A stretch of 40,858 bases of DNA, taken from sequence record SRR31156797_10768; one strand, 5' to 3'. Shown here one piece after another: positions 9,196 to 18,606 of the stretch (positions within the stretch are counted from its first letter, which is position 1; each line of letters begins with the position of its first letter). The notes beneath the pieces are model-generated. The model ran no database searches, was not told the origin of the DNA, and was given only the letters and a program-made list of their open reading frames with translations. The position numbers were made by a program, and so were the translations under genes.

Positions 9196-12100
9196 ATGAA
9201 GAAACCATATTATAAAATAATCGGATTGCTTGTAATCATGTTGATTTTCAATTTGAACCTTCAGGCTTCTGAAAAATCTAATCGTAAAAAGCGAAAAGCA
9301 GAAAAAGCAGCTTTAGAATTTGTACAGCATGCTTCAGCTGATTTTATATACAAGTTTAAGCTTGATAGTCTTCGATTAAATTCTGACAGTAAAGAAATTG
9401 TTGTGTATATGAATTCAGTGTTTTCATATATTCCATTTCGTATTGAAACTGTTGATCAGTATCAAACGAATCTTAAAAAAAATTTAGGAAGAAAATTTCG
9501 AAATTATTCTGTTCGCATTGAAACGATGGGAATGGATATTACAAAATTGGTTCCAAATTTATATCGAAAGGAAAATCATTCTTTAGATAAGGATCGTTTA
9601 TCGGTTTTAAAAGATGAAACAAAACCCTTGGTTCGCAGATTGAGTGGAAATACAATACATTCTGGTTTAGACGGAAATCACATCGCATTATGGCATTCTC
9701 ATGGTTGGTATTACGAGAATACTTTGGATAGATGGGAATGGCAAAGAGCAAGAGTTTTTACCACAGTGGAAGATATGTGGACTATGGAGTTTGTTGTGCC
9801 TTATATTGCACCAATGTTGGAGAATGCCGGAGCTATCACCTTGTTTCCCCGTGAAAGAGATGTTCAGAAAAATGAGATTATTGTTGATGCAGATTGGAGT
9901 TCAGGAAATTCAGAGTGCAAGGAAATAGGAAGTTGGGAAACCAATACTCAAAAAGGATTTGCAAACAGATATCCATTTTATCTGGAAGGTGAGAATCCAT
10001 TTGATATGGGAAGTAGTAAGCAAATTGAAGCAAGTGAAAATTCAACTTCCAGTGTACAATATACTCCAGAAATCCCGCAAAAAGGTGAGTATGCTGTTTA
10101 TGTATCCTATTCTTCTGATGATGATAATGTAACGGATGCCCACTATTCCGTTCATCATTCTGGTGGAACTTCAGAGTTTTTAGTGAATCAAAGTATGGGT
10201 GGTAAAACCTGGATCTATCTAGGAACTTTCCTGTTCGAAAAAGGAAAAAATCCTTTAAAAGGAATGGTCGAGTTGAACAATCAAAGTAACGAGCATGGTA
10301 ACTGGGTTTCTGCTGATGCAGTTCGATTTGGGGGAGGAATGGGAAATATTGCTCGTGGTACAAGCGATGAACTTGAAAGTTTAAAAATAGAAAGAAATAA
10401 TTTAGGTTTTGAAATGGATTCTGCAGCTTGGCAAAAATACACAAGCAATCGTCCGCGATATCATGAGGCTGCCCGTTACTATTTACAATATGCGGGAATG
10501 CCAGATTCCATTGTTTATAGTATCAATAAAGATTATAAGGCTGATTATAGCAATCGAGGTAAAGAGGCTGCTAAGTTTCAGAAACGTGAAGAAGGTAAAA
10601 CGGATTACAAGGATGATTACATGAGCAGGGGCGAGTGGGTTGATTATTTAATCGGTGCTCCTTCTGGTCCTACAAAACAAGTTGATGTTAAAGGTTTAAG
10701 TATTCCAATAGATATGGCTTTAGCCTTTCATACTGATGCCGGTATTACGCCTAATGATAATATAATTGGAACTTTAGCTATTTATAATACAACAAGAGGA
10801 GATACTGATATTTTTCCTAACGGACAATCGAAATGGGCTAGTCGTGATTTATGTGATATTGTGCAAACTCAGGTGGTCGATGATATTAGAAAACTATACG
10901 AACCAAAGTGGAATAGAAGAGGAATGTGGAATAAGCAATATTCGGAATCATACCGACCAAAGGTTCCAACTATGCTATCCGAAATGTTGTCGCACCAGAA
11001 TTTCGCTGATATGTATCAGGCAATGGATCCAAAATTCAAGTTTGATGTTAGTAGAGCTTACTATAAAGGAATTCTAAAATTTTTATCAACTCAGGAAGGT
11101 AGAGAATATGTGGTGCAACCATTACCTGTTGATCATTTTAGAATTGATGAATCTGAGAATGGTATTAGGTTAAGCTGGAATGCCGTTGATGATGAATTGG
11201 AGCCAACAGCAAAAGCCGATAAATATAAAGTTTACACGCGAATAAATAATGGTGGTTTCGATAATGGAATTGTTGTAAATGATAATTCTTACGAAATTCA
11301 AAATCTTGAATCTAATGTTATTTATAGCTTTAAGGTTACAGCTCAAAACGATGGTGGTGAAAGTTTTCCTTCGGAGATATTGGCTTATTGTAAGGCGGAA
11401 AATGGACAGAAACCATTTCTTATAGTTAATGGATTTGATAGAGTTTCAGCTCCACAAGGTTTTGATGATGGAAGGTATGCTGGTTTTATGAGCTCTGCAG
11501 ATGAAGGTGTGGCTTATAAAAGAAATATTGCCTACGTCGGCGATCAATATGACTTAGATCGTAAATCAAAATGGTTGGACGATGATGCTTGTGGTCATGG
11601 TTCTTCCTATGCTGATCAGGAGGATAAAATAATACCAGGCAATAGTTTCGATTATCCTTATGTGCATGGTGAGACAATTAAAACAGCAGGTTTTGGTTTT
11701 GTATCTATGAGTGATGAGGCTTTTGAGGAACTGGAATGGAACTCAGAACAATATTTTGGATTGGATCTTATATTTGGAGAGGAAAAAACAACATCGAGAA
11801 TATACGGATTGGAGAATAAAAGTTTTACCATTTACACTCCGAAAATGCGCAAGGCAATTCAAAAATACATTCAATCAAAAAATGCTAAACTGATTTTATC
11901 AGGTGCCTATATTGGTACTGATATTAAATTGTGTGGAGATTCTTTAGTGAAAGAATTTACCGAAAAAGAATTGCATTATCTGTTCAGAACAAATTATGCC
12001 AGCAAGTCGGGATTAGTTTCACATCCAAATGGAGTGAGAAAAGATTTTGATGGCAACTATCGATTTGAAACCGGATTTAATCCAAATATATACAAAGTTG

Positions 12101-12306
12101 AAGCTCCTGATGCCATTGAACCTGTTGGGAAAAATGCAAGCGTATTTTTACGATATATCAAGAATAACAAAAGTGCAGGAGTTCTTTACAATGGCGATTA
12201 TCAATCGGTAATATTGGGATTTCCGTTTGAGACAATAAAGACTGAGGAAGGGAGAATAGATCTGATGTCTAAAGTTTTAAAGTTTTTTAATAAAGAGAAG
12301 AAATAA
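9196..12306 (+). CDS. Secreted multidomain protein: split Amidase_3-like domain with Golvesin/xanthan-lyase-C-like insert, FN3 domain and C-terminal domain; probable N-acetylmuramoyl-L-alanine amidase
   Basis: Signal peptide from ATG 9196; IALWHSHG, VED, MLENAGA-PRERD, ALAFHTDA, PTMLSEMLSHQN; insert GEYAVYVSY...WIYLGTF...ADAVRF; FN3 LSW...YKVY...YSFKVTAQNDGGES. Confidence 0.7.
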   Translation: MKKPYYKIIGLLVIMLIFNLNLQASEKSNRKKRKAEKAALEFVQHASADFIYKFKLDSLRLNSDSKEIVVYMNSVFSYIPFRIETVDQYQTNLKKNLGRKFRNYSVRIETMGMDITKLVPNLYRKENHSLDKDRLSVLKDETKPLVRRLSGNTIHSGLDGNHIALWHSHGWYYENTLDRWEWQRARVFTTVEDMWTMEFVVPYIAPMLENAGAITLFPRERDVQKNEIIVDADWSSGNSECKEIGSWETNTQKGFANRYPFYLEGENPFDMGSSKQIEASENSTSSVQYTPEIPQKGEYAVYVSYSSDDDNVTDAHYSVHHSGGTSEFLVNQSMGGKTWIYLGTFLFEKGKNPLKGMVELNNQSNEHGNWVSADAVRFGGGMGNIARGTSDELESLKIERNNLGFEMDSAAWQKYTSNRPRYHEAARYYLQYAGMPDSIVYSINKDYKADYSNRGKEAAKFQKREEGKTDYKDDYMSRGEWVDYLIGAPSGPTKQVDVKGLSIPIDMALAFHTDAGITPNDNIIGTLAIYNTTRGDTDIFPNGQSKWASRDLCDIVQTQVVDDIRKLYEPKWNRRGMWNKQYSESYRPKVPTMLSEMLSHQNFADMYQAMDPKFKFDVSRAYYKGILKFLSTQEGREYVVQPLPVDHFRIDESENGIRLSWNAVDDELEPTAKADKYKVYTRINNGGFDNGIVVNDNSYEIQNLESNVIYSFKVTAQNDGGESFPSEILAYCKAENGQKPFLIVNGFDRVSAPQGFDDGRYAGFMSSADEGVAYKRNIAYVGDQYDLDRKSKWLDDDACGHGSSYADQEDKIIPGNSFDYPYVHGETIKTAGFGFVSMSDEAFEELEWNSEQYFGLDLIFGEEKTTSRIYGLENKSFTIYTPKMRKAIQKYIQSKNAKLILSGAYIGTDIKLCGDSLVKEFTEKELHYLFRTNYASKSGLVSHPNGVRKDFDGNYRFETGFNPNIYKVEAPDAIEPVGKNASVFLRYIKNNKSAGVLYNGDYQSVILGFPFETIKTEEGRIDLMSKVLKFFNKEKK

Positions 12307-12323
12307 TAAAAAGACGATATAAA

Positions 12324-13781
12324 ATGAGTGCAAAAATTACATGTTTTATTCCTTTCGGAACAAAAGAAGAAACGACAATAACGGTAAATGAGTTAAAGCA
12401 ATCAGCTTTAGTTTCAAAAATTTATCTTGTTGGAGATACAAAAGGTGTAGAAGTTGAAGGTGCGGAGCAGTTAACAGATAAAACCTTATCCGCAGGGAAA
12501 ACCATTCAGGAGATGGCAGATAAAACGAAGACAGAGTATGTGTTTATCTATACAAAAACAAGTGCACTAACTTTAGGACAATTGGCATTGGATCGTTTTT
12601 ATAAGGTAGCCACTGATACAAATAGCGGATTGGTATATTCAAATCATAGGGCAATTAAAGATGGTAAAGTTGAAAATCTTCCTGTTATAGATTATCAGGA
12701 AGGAAGCTTGAGAGATGATTTCAATTTCGGTTCGGTTTTATTTTACGATGCAAAAGTTTTGAAAGATGCAGCGAAAGATGTGGATGTAAATTATGAACAT
12801 GCAGGATTGTATGCATTGCGATTGGCAGTTGCAGCTCGTTCAGAATTTATAAGAATTCCAGAGGTATTGTACACCGAAGAAGAATTGGATACAAGAAAAT
12901 CTGGAGAGAAGATTTTTGATTACGTTGATCCTAAAAACCGTTCTGTTCAAATTGAGATGGAGGTTGCATGTACGGTACATCTGAAAAGAATTGGAGCTTA
13001 TTTGGAACCTAAATTTGCTGATGTTGCTTTTGATGAGGGAAATTTTAAAGTGGAAGCTTCTGTTGTAATTCCGGTTCGAGATCGTGTAAAAACAATTGAA
13101 GATGCTATTAAATCAGTGCTTGCACAAAAAGCTAATGTCGATTTCAACTTGATAATTGTTGATAATTATTCTACTGACGGAACAACTGAAATCATCCAAA
13201 AATATGCGGAGCAGGATTCTCGTTTGATTCATATCATACCAAAAAGGAAAGATTTGGGTATTGGTGGATGTTGGAATGAAGCTGTAAGCAATGAGATGTG
13301 CGGAAAGTTTGCAATTCAGTTAGATAGTGATGATTTGTATGCAGATGAAACAACTGTTCAGCAAGTTGTTGATGCATTTTATAGAGAAAATTGTGCAATG
13401 GTAGTTGGTACCTATCAAATGGTGAATTTCGATTTGGAAGAAATTCCTCCTGGAATTATCGATCATAAAGAGTGGACACCGGATAATGGTAGAAATAATG
13501 CACTTCGAATTAACGGATTGGGAGCTCCCCGAGCTTTCTATACACCAGTATTGAGAAATAATCCTATTCCAAATGTAAACTATGGTGAAGATTATGCTTT
13601 AGGTTTGGCAATTTCACGTAAGTATCAGATTGGAAGAATTTACAATCCTATTTATTTGTGTCGTCGTTGGGATGATAATTCTGATGCGTCATTGGATATC
13701 GAAAAAATGAATGCGCATAATACTTATAAGGATAGAGTTCGAACTATTGAATTAAAGGCGAGAAAACTGCTGATTAAATAA
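12324..13781 (+). CDS. Glycosyltransferase family 2 protein with two GT-A-like halves
   Basis: SVVIPVRDR, IIVDNYSTDGT, QLDSDD (DxD), YGEDY; degenerate N-terminal half; no signal peptide or TM segment seen. Confidence 0.85.
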   Translation: MSAKITCFIPFGTKEETTITVNELKQSALVSKIYLVGDTKGVEVEGAEQLTDKTLSAGKTIQEMADKTKTEYVFIYTKTSALTLGQLALDRFYKVATDTNSGLVYSNHRAIKDGKVENLPVIDYQEGSLRDDFNFGSVLFYDAKVLKDAAKDVDVNYEHAGLYALRLAVAARSEFIRIPEVLYTEEELDTRKSGEKIFDYVDPKNRSVQIEMEVACTVHLKRIGAYLEPKFADVAFDEGNFKVEASVVIPVRDRVKTIEDAIKSVLAQKANVDFNLIIVDNYSTDGTTEIIQKYAEQDSRLIHIIPKRKDLGIGGCWNEAVSNEMCGKFAIQLDSDDLYADETTVQQVVDAFYRENCAMVVGTYQMVNFDLEEIPPGIIDHKEWTPDNGRNNALRINGLGAPRAFYTPVLRNNPIPNVNYGEDYALGLAISRKYQIGRIYNPIYLCRRWDDNSDASLDIEKMNAHNTYKDRVRTIELKARKLLIK

Positions 13782-13802
13782 GATATTGATAGAATAAAAA
13801 AC

Positions 13803-13828
13803 GGAGTTCTGTTAATTTACAGAGCTCC
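13803..13828. other. Intergenic hairpin (stabiliser/processing site or minus-strand terminator)
   Basis: GGAGTTCTGT-taattt-ACAGAGCTCC; A-run on the 5' side but no T-run on the + strand. Confidence 0.5.
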
Positions 13829-13843
13829 ATAGAATATTTGGAG

Positions 13844-14728
13844 ATGAGAAAATTACATTCGATTATACTAATTCTGCTTGTTGTTGTTGTTACTGCTTGC
13901 AGTGGTAATACGAAGTCTCAGGATAAAAAGGTTAATGAAATTAAGCTTTCCGATTCTACAGATCAAGCCATATTTAATTCTATAAAGGAAATAGTTAAGC
14001 AACAATCATTAGATTCTTTGTCTATTGATCTTAGAATAATTGAAATTGCAAAGATGTTCTTGCAAACTCCTTATGTTGGCGGAACTCTGGAAGGGGATGG
14101 ATCTGAAAAACTTCGGGTTAATTTAAGAGAATTGGATTGTACCACCTATCTCGAGAATGTTGTTGTGTTGTCTGCAATTGCAGATAGAAAAGATTTTAAG
14201 GAGAGCGATTTCCTAAAAGAGTTGGAAACATTGCGCTATAGAAACGGCAAGCTGATTGATTATACTTCTCGCCTACATTATTTTACAGATTGGATTTTTG
14301 AAAATGAATCAAAAGGAATTGTCAATAATATAACTGCAGATATTGGTGGTGTTAAGTACGAAAAGAATATCGATTTTATGAGTACTCATGTTAGTAGTTA
14401 TGCTGCACTAAAGGCAGATTCTTCTTTTGTGAAGGTAATCCGTGAAAACGAAAAAGCAATCAACAATAGGGAGATGTATTTTATCCCCGAAGAGGAAATA
14501 TCTAAAGTTGAAAATGAGATTCACAATGGAGATTTGATTGCCATAACCACCAAGATTAAAGGATTGGAAATTTCTCATGTTGGAATAGCACTACATGTGA
14601 ATGATCGATTGCATTTAATGCATGCATCAAGTCGTGCTAAAAAGGTTGTGATTTCAGAAATCCCTCTTGCAGAGATGTTATTGAAAAATAGATTGCAATC
14701 GGGAATTATGGTTGTGAGAGTGCAATAA
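13844..14728 (+). CDS. DUF1460-family (AmiA-type, NlpC/P60-fold) N-acetylmuramoyl-L-alanine amidase, lipoprotein
   Basis: Lipobox VVTAC; FLQTPYVGGTLE, LDCTTYLE (catalytic Cys), LRYRNG, SRLHYFTDW, SHVGI, LMHASS. Confidence 0.88.
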   Translation: MRKLHSIILILLVVVVTACSGNTKSQDKKVNEIKLSDSTDQAIFNSIKEIVKQQSLDSLSIDLRIIEIAKMFLQTPYVGGTLEGDGSEKLRVNLRELDCTTYLENVVVLSAIADRKDFKESDFLKELETLRYRNGKLIDYTSRLHYFTDWIFENESKGIVNNITADIGGVKYEKNIDFMSTHVSSYAALKADSSFVKVIRENEKAINNREMYFIPEEEISKVENEIHNGDLIAITTKIKGLEISHVGIALHVNDRLHLMHASSRAKKVVISEIPLAEMLLKNRLQSGIMVVRVQ

Positions 14729-14760
14729 AATTGAATATTTAATTACCAGTTATATAAAAC

Positions 14761-15744
14761 ATGGATATAAACTGCATAGAAAAATTAGAATGTTTATTGG
14801 AAAAAAAATCTTCCGATCAGATATTAAGTAGCTTTCTGAATCAGCAGGTGAGAGATTGGTCTCTTGCAAAAGGAAATTATAAAGGATTGGAAAAGGTTGA
14901 GGAGAAAGAGTTTGAATTTGATGGATTTAAAATGAAAGTGCAATTTAATCCGGAAAGAATTCGTTCCTCTGCAGCTAAGGTTGATCAAAAAAGTATTGAA
15001 AACCGTGCTTGTTTCCTTTGTTTGGATAATCTTCCAGCAGAACAAGGAGGCATAGCGCAAGGCGATGATTTTGTGATTTTAGTGAATCCATTTCCTATAA
15101 TTCCACAGCATTTTACCATTCCAAAAGTTGCTCACGTAGATCAGTCTTTCTTGGATAATTTACAGGGAATGTTATCTCTGGCAAAAGATATGCAAGGATA
15201 CACTTTGTTTTATAATGGACCAAAATGTGGTGCTTCCGCCCCTGATCATATGCATTTTCAGGCTGGGAATAAAGGATTCATGCCGGTAGAGTTTGAGTAT
15301 TTTTCGTTAAAAGATAAATCGGAGTTACACCTTAAAACGGAAGAAATTGAGGTGAGATCATTTAATCATTATTTAAGAAAAATGATTAGTGTGGAATCGA
15401 CTAATACGATGGATTTGATAAAAGTAGTTACTGATTTTTACATAACTTTTGCTGAAATACAATTAGAGGAGAAAGAACCGATGTTAAATGTAATTTGTTC
15501 GTATGTGGATGAAAAATACATTATGCATTTGTTTCCAAGAAAATTGCATCGTCCAACACAATATTTTGTCGAAGGAGGTAAGCAATTGTTAATAAGTCCT
15601 GCTTCGGTAGATTTCGGTGGTGTTTTTATTACCCCACGTCGCGAAGATTTTGAGAAAATAACAGCAAGTGATATTGAAGATATTTTTAAACAAACTTGTG
15701 TTGATGAAGACACTTTCTCTACTCTTTGTGAGAACTTGAAATAA
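14761..15744 (+). CDS. DUF4922-like HIT-superfamily nucleotidyltransferase/phosphorylase (HxHxQ class)
   Basis: QFNPERIRS, CFLC, LVNPFPI, YNGPKCGASAPDHMHFQAG, ISPASVDFGG; no signal peptide. Confidence 0.8.
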   Translation: MDINCIEKLECLLEKKSSDQILSSFLNQQVRDWSLAKGNYKGLEKVEEKEFEFDGFKMKVQFNPERIRSSAAKVDQKSIENRACFLCLDNLPAEQGGIAQGDDFVILVNPFPIIPQHFTIPKVAHVDQSFLDNLQGMLSLAKDMQGYTLFYNGPKCGASAPDHMHFQAGNKGFMPVEFEYFSLKDKSELHLKTEEIEVRSFNHYLRKMISVESTNTMDLIKVVTDFYITFAEIQLEEKEPMLNVICSYVDEKYIMHLFPRKLHRPTQYFVEGGKQLLISPASVDFGGVFITPRREDFEKITASDIEDIFKQTCVDEDTFSTLCENLK

Positions 15745-15755
15745 TCCAATTAACT

Positions 15756-17087
15756 ATGAAAATAAAAGAGCCACAACTACGAGTTGGAATAATGTACGAA
15801 AAAGAGATTTCGTTTCAATTAAACGGAATTTATGTACTTCAACAAAATGGAAAAAAATATACTGGAAATCAGCAAGCAAAATTTGTCGATGGAAAAATTG
15901 TTTTCGATGGATTATGCGAGAATGAATTGATTTTCGATCCTGAAAATGAAAAAGAGGGATGTTTTGATCTCTTTGGTGTTACCATTGGAATTAAATTTCA
16001 TTGGGAGAGAAAAGAGGATCAGAAATTTAAAGGATCCTTGCATTTTATTGTGGAAGAGGAGAAACTGACGGCAATTAATGTGCTTTCTCTGGAAGATTAT
16101 CTGATTAGCGTAATTTCTTCTGAAATGAGCGCTACAAGCAGTATGGAACTTTTAAAAGCACATGCTGTAATCTCAAGATCGTGGTTGATGGCTCAGGTAA
16201 TTAAAGGTGAGGAATTACTACAGTCAAATACAAATTACCAAAGCATTGTTGAGACGGAGGATTCCTATATTAGATGGTATGATAGAGAAGATCATGTTAA
16301 TTTCGATGTTTGTGCAGATGATCATTGTCAGCGCTATCAGGGAATTACCAGGCAATCAACTCAATTGGTAGTCGAGGCAATTGAATCTACGCGTGGTTTA
16401 GTCTTAACCAGTGATGGAAAAATTTGCGATGCTCGTTTCTCAAAGTGTTGTGGAGGAGTTGCTGAAACATTTGAAAATGTTTGGGAACTGGAAAATCACA
16501 AATACTTGCAAGCAGTAATTGATAATCCTCAAGCACCAGTTGGTTACGATATGAGCTTGAAAAAAGAAGAGGCTGCTGATCGATTTATTCGCACCTCTCC
16601 TGAGGCATTCTGCAATACTACGGATAAGGAAATTCTTTCGCAGGTTTTAAATGATTACGATCAGGAAACCATGGATTTTTATCGCTGGAAAGTAGAATAT
16701 ACTCAGGAGGAAATTTCAGAATTAATAGAGAGAAAAACAGGAAAAGAGTTTGGACAGATTTTGGATCTTATTCCAGGTGAACGTGGAGAATCAGGACGAT
16801 TAATTACAATGAAAATTGTAGGGAGTAAACGTTCATTAACCATTGGGAAGGAATTGGAAATTCGAAAAGTACTTTCTGAATCGCACCTATATAGTTCTGA
16901 ATTTGTAGTTGATAAATTGGATGTGCAAAATGGAGTTCCATCTAAATTTGTTTTGATTGGTGCTGGTTGGGGACATGGAGTTGGTCTTTGCCAGATAGGG
17001 GCAGCTGTAATGGGAGCCAAAGGATACAAACATGATGAAATTCTACTTCACTATTTTAGAGGAGCTGAATTGGAGAAAAGATATTGA
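15756..17087 (+). CDS. SpoIID/LytB domain protein (lytic-transglycosylase fold)
   Basis: LEDYLISVISSEM (catalytic Glu position), LKAHAVISRSW, DVCADDHCQRYQG, FSKCCGG, GAGWGHGVGLCQIGA, ILLHYF; no signal peptide. Confidence 0.9.
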   Translation: MKIKEPQLRVGIMYEKEISFQLNGIYVLQQNGKKYTGNQQAKFVDGKIVFDGLCENELIFDPENEKEGCFDLFGVTIGIKFHWERKEDQKFKGSLHFIVEEEKLTAINVLSLEDYLISVISSEMSATSSMELLKAHAVISRSWLMAQVIKGEELLQSNTNYQSIVETEDSYIRWYDREDHVNFDVCADDHCQRYQGITRQSTQLVVEAIESTRGLVLTSDGKICDARFSKCCGGVAETFENVWELENHKYLQAVIDNPQAPVGYDMSLKKEEAADRFIRTSPEAFCNTTDKEILSQVLNDYDQETMDFYRWKVEYTQEEISELIERKTGKEFGQILDLIPGERGESGRLITMKIVGSKRSLTIGKELEIRKVLSESHLYSSEFVVDKLDVQNGVPSKFVLIGAGWGHGVGLCQIGAAVMGAKGYKHDEILLHYFRGAELEKRY

Positions 17088-17090
17088 TTA

Positions 17091-17254
17091 TAGATATGAG
17101 ATTTAAGATGTGAGATATTAGACAGACTATTGTTGTGTTTTTTTTCTCACCTCTTAAGTGTCTAAAAATAAAAGAATGCATTATAAAATAAGATGTGGAA
17201 ATGTATATTTTATGAGATGTAAATAGTCTCAGATCTAACATCTTAAATCTAAAA
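17091..17254. repeat. Inverted repeat built from 7-nt tandem units flanking about 100 bp of spacer
   Basis: Arms 17099-17123 and 17226-17250 are reverse complements at 22/25; units tagatat/gagattt/aagatgt/gagatat on the left and tctcaga/tctaaca/tcttaaa/tctaaaa on the right. Confidence 0.7.
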
Positions 17255-17262
17255 AAAGAATA

Positions 17263-18564
17263 ATGTCTAAAATAAAATCAAAAACTCGCTCACCTTGGGC
17301 ATGGATTCCATCCTTATATTTTGCTGAAGGTATTCCCTACGTGGTTGTTATGACAGTTGCAGTTATCATGTACAAACGACTGGGAATTTCAAATACAGAT
17401 ATTGCACTTTATACTTCATGGTTGTACCTGCCTTGGATGATCAAACCATTTTGGAGTCCAATTGTTGATATTTTAAAAAGCAAGCGCTGGTGGATTGTAA
17501 GCATGCAACTGCTGATTGGTGCTGGTTTAGCAGGTGTTGCATTCACTGTTCCAACTACCTTCTTTTTTCAATCTACTTTGGCTTTCTTTTGGCTATTGGC
17601 TTTTAGTTCGGCTACTCATGATATAGCTGCCGATGGGTTTTACATGTATGCCTTAGATTCTCATAAACAATCATATTTTGTAGGTATTAGAAGTACTTTC
17701 TACCGTTTGGCAATGATTACTGGGCAAGGTTTGTTGATTATTTTGGCAGGATATTTTGAAACTGCAAACTTATTTGGGAATCCTGAGAATGATATTTCTA
17801 TGGCATGGTCTCTTACCTTTTTAATACTAGCTGCAGCTTTCATTATCATTTGCTTCTACCATAAATTTGCTTTGCCACATCCACAAGATGATGAGGAGAG
17901 AAAAGTGAAAAGTTTTTCTGGTGTTTTCGAAGGTTTTGGTGAGACCATTTCTGCGTTTTTCATGAAGAAAGATATTTTTAAAATTCTGGGATTGATCCTT
18001 GTTTATCGATTAGGGGAATCTCAGTTGGTTAAAATGGCTTCTCCTTTTCTTCTCGATCCTGCGGAAGTTGGAGGCTTGGGCTTATCAACCAGTGACGTTG
18101 GTTTGGTGTATGGAACAATTGGAATTCTCTTTTTAACTGTAGGAGGAATTCTTGGTGGTTATGTTGTATCTCGAAAAGGGTTAAAATATTGGCTATGGCC
18201 AATGGTAATTGCGATCAATCTACCCAATTTAGTATATGTATACCTTTCTTATGCATTGCCTGATTCTTTTGTGCTTGTTTGTGCATCGGTCGCTGTAGAG
18301 CAATTTGGCTATGGATTTGGATTTACGGCTTACATGCTTTATCAGATTTATGTATCCGAAGGAAAGCACAAAACGGCGCATTTTGCATTTTGCACGGGTT
18401 TAATGGCTGCGGGAATGATGTTTCCAGGTATGATTTCCGGCTGGATTCAGGAAATGATTGGATATCAGCATTTCTTTGTGTGGGTAATCATTTGTACCAT
18501 TCCAAGTTTTATTATGGTGAAATTAATTAAGGTTGATCCAAAGTTTGGTATCAAGCAAAAATAG
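17263..18564 (+). CDS. ampG: AmpG-family MFS muropeptide permease
   Basis: LYFAEGIP, LPWMIKPFWSPIVD, FSSATHDIAADG, LVYRLGE, EQFGYGFG; about 12 hydrophobic segments. Confidence 0.88.
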   Translation: MSKIKSKTRSPWAWIPSLYFAEGIPYVVVMTVAVIMYKRLGISNTDIALYTSWLYLPWMIKPFWSPIVDILKSKRWWIVSMQLLIGAGLAGVAFTVPTTFFFQSTLAFFWLLAFSSATHDIAADGFYMYALDSHKQSYFVGIRSTFYRLAMITGQGLLIILAGYFETANLFGNPENDISMAWSLTFLILAAAFIIICFYHKFALPHPQDDEERKVKSFSGVFEGFGETISAFFMKKDIFKILGLILVYRLGESQLVKMASPFLLDPAEVGGLGLSTSDVGLVYGTIGILFLTVGGILGGYVVSRKGLKYWLWPMVIAINLPNLVYVYLSYALPDSFVLVCASVAVEQFGYGFGFTAYMLYQIYVSEGKHKTAHFAFCTGLMAAGMMFPGMISGWIQEMIGYQHFFVWVIICTIPSFIMVKLIKVDPKFGIKQK

Positions 18565-18606
18565 TTTTTATAAGAATCAGATTATTAATGTCAGCTAAGT
18601 ATCACG

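Noticed and set aside
9196-12306. Xanthan lyase
   Set aside because: Only the small accessory beta-domain resembles xanthan lyase; no PL8 catalytic domain is recognisable
17056-17241. 61-aa minus-strand ORF across the heptamer repeat region
   Set aside because: Antisense within an operon, overlaps the spoIID end, and its sequence is dictated by the repeats
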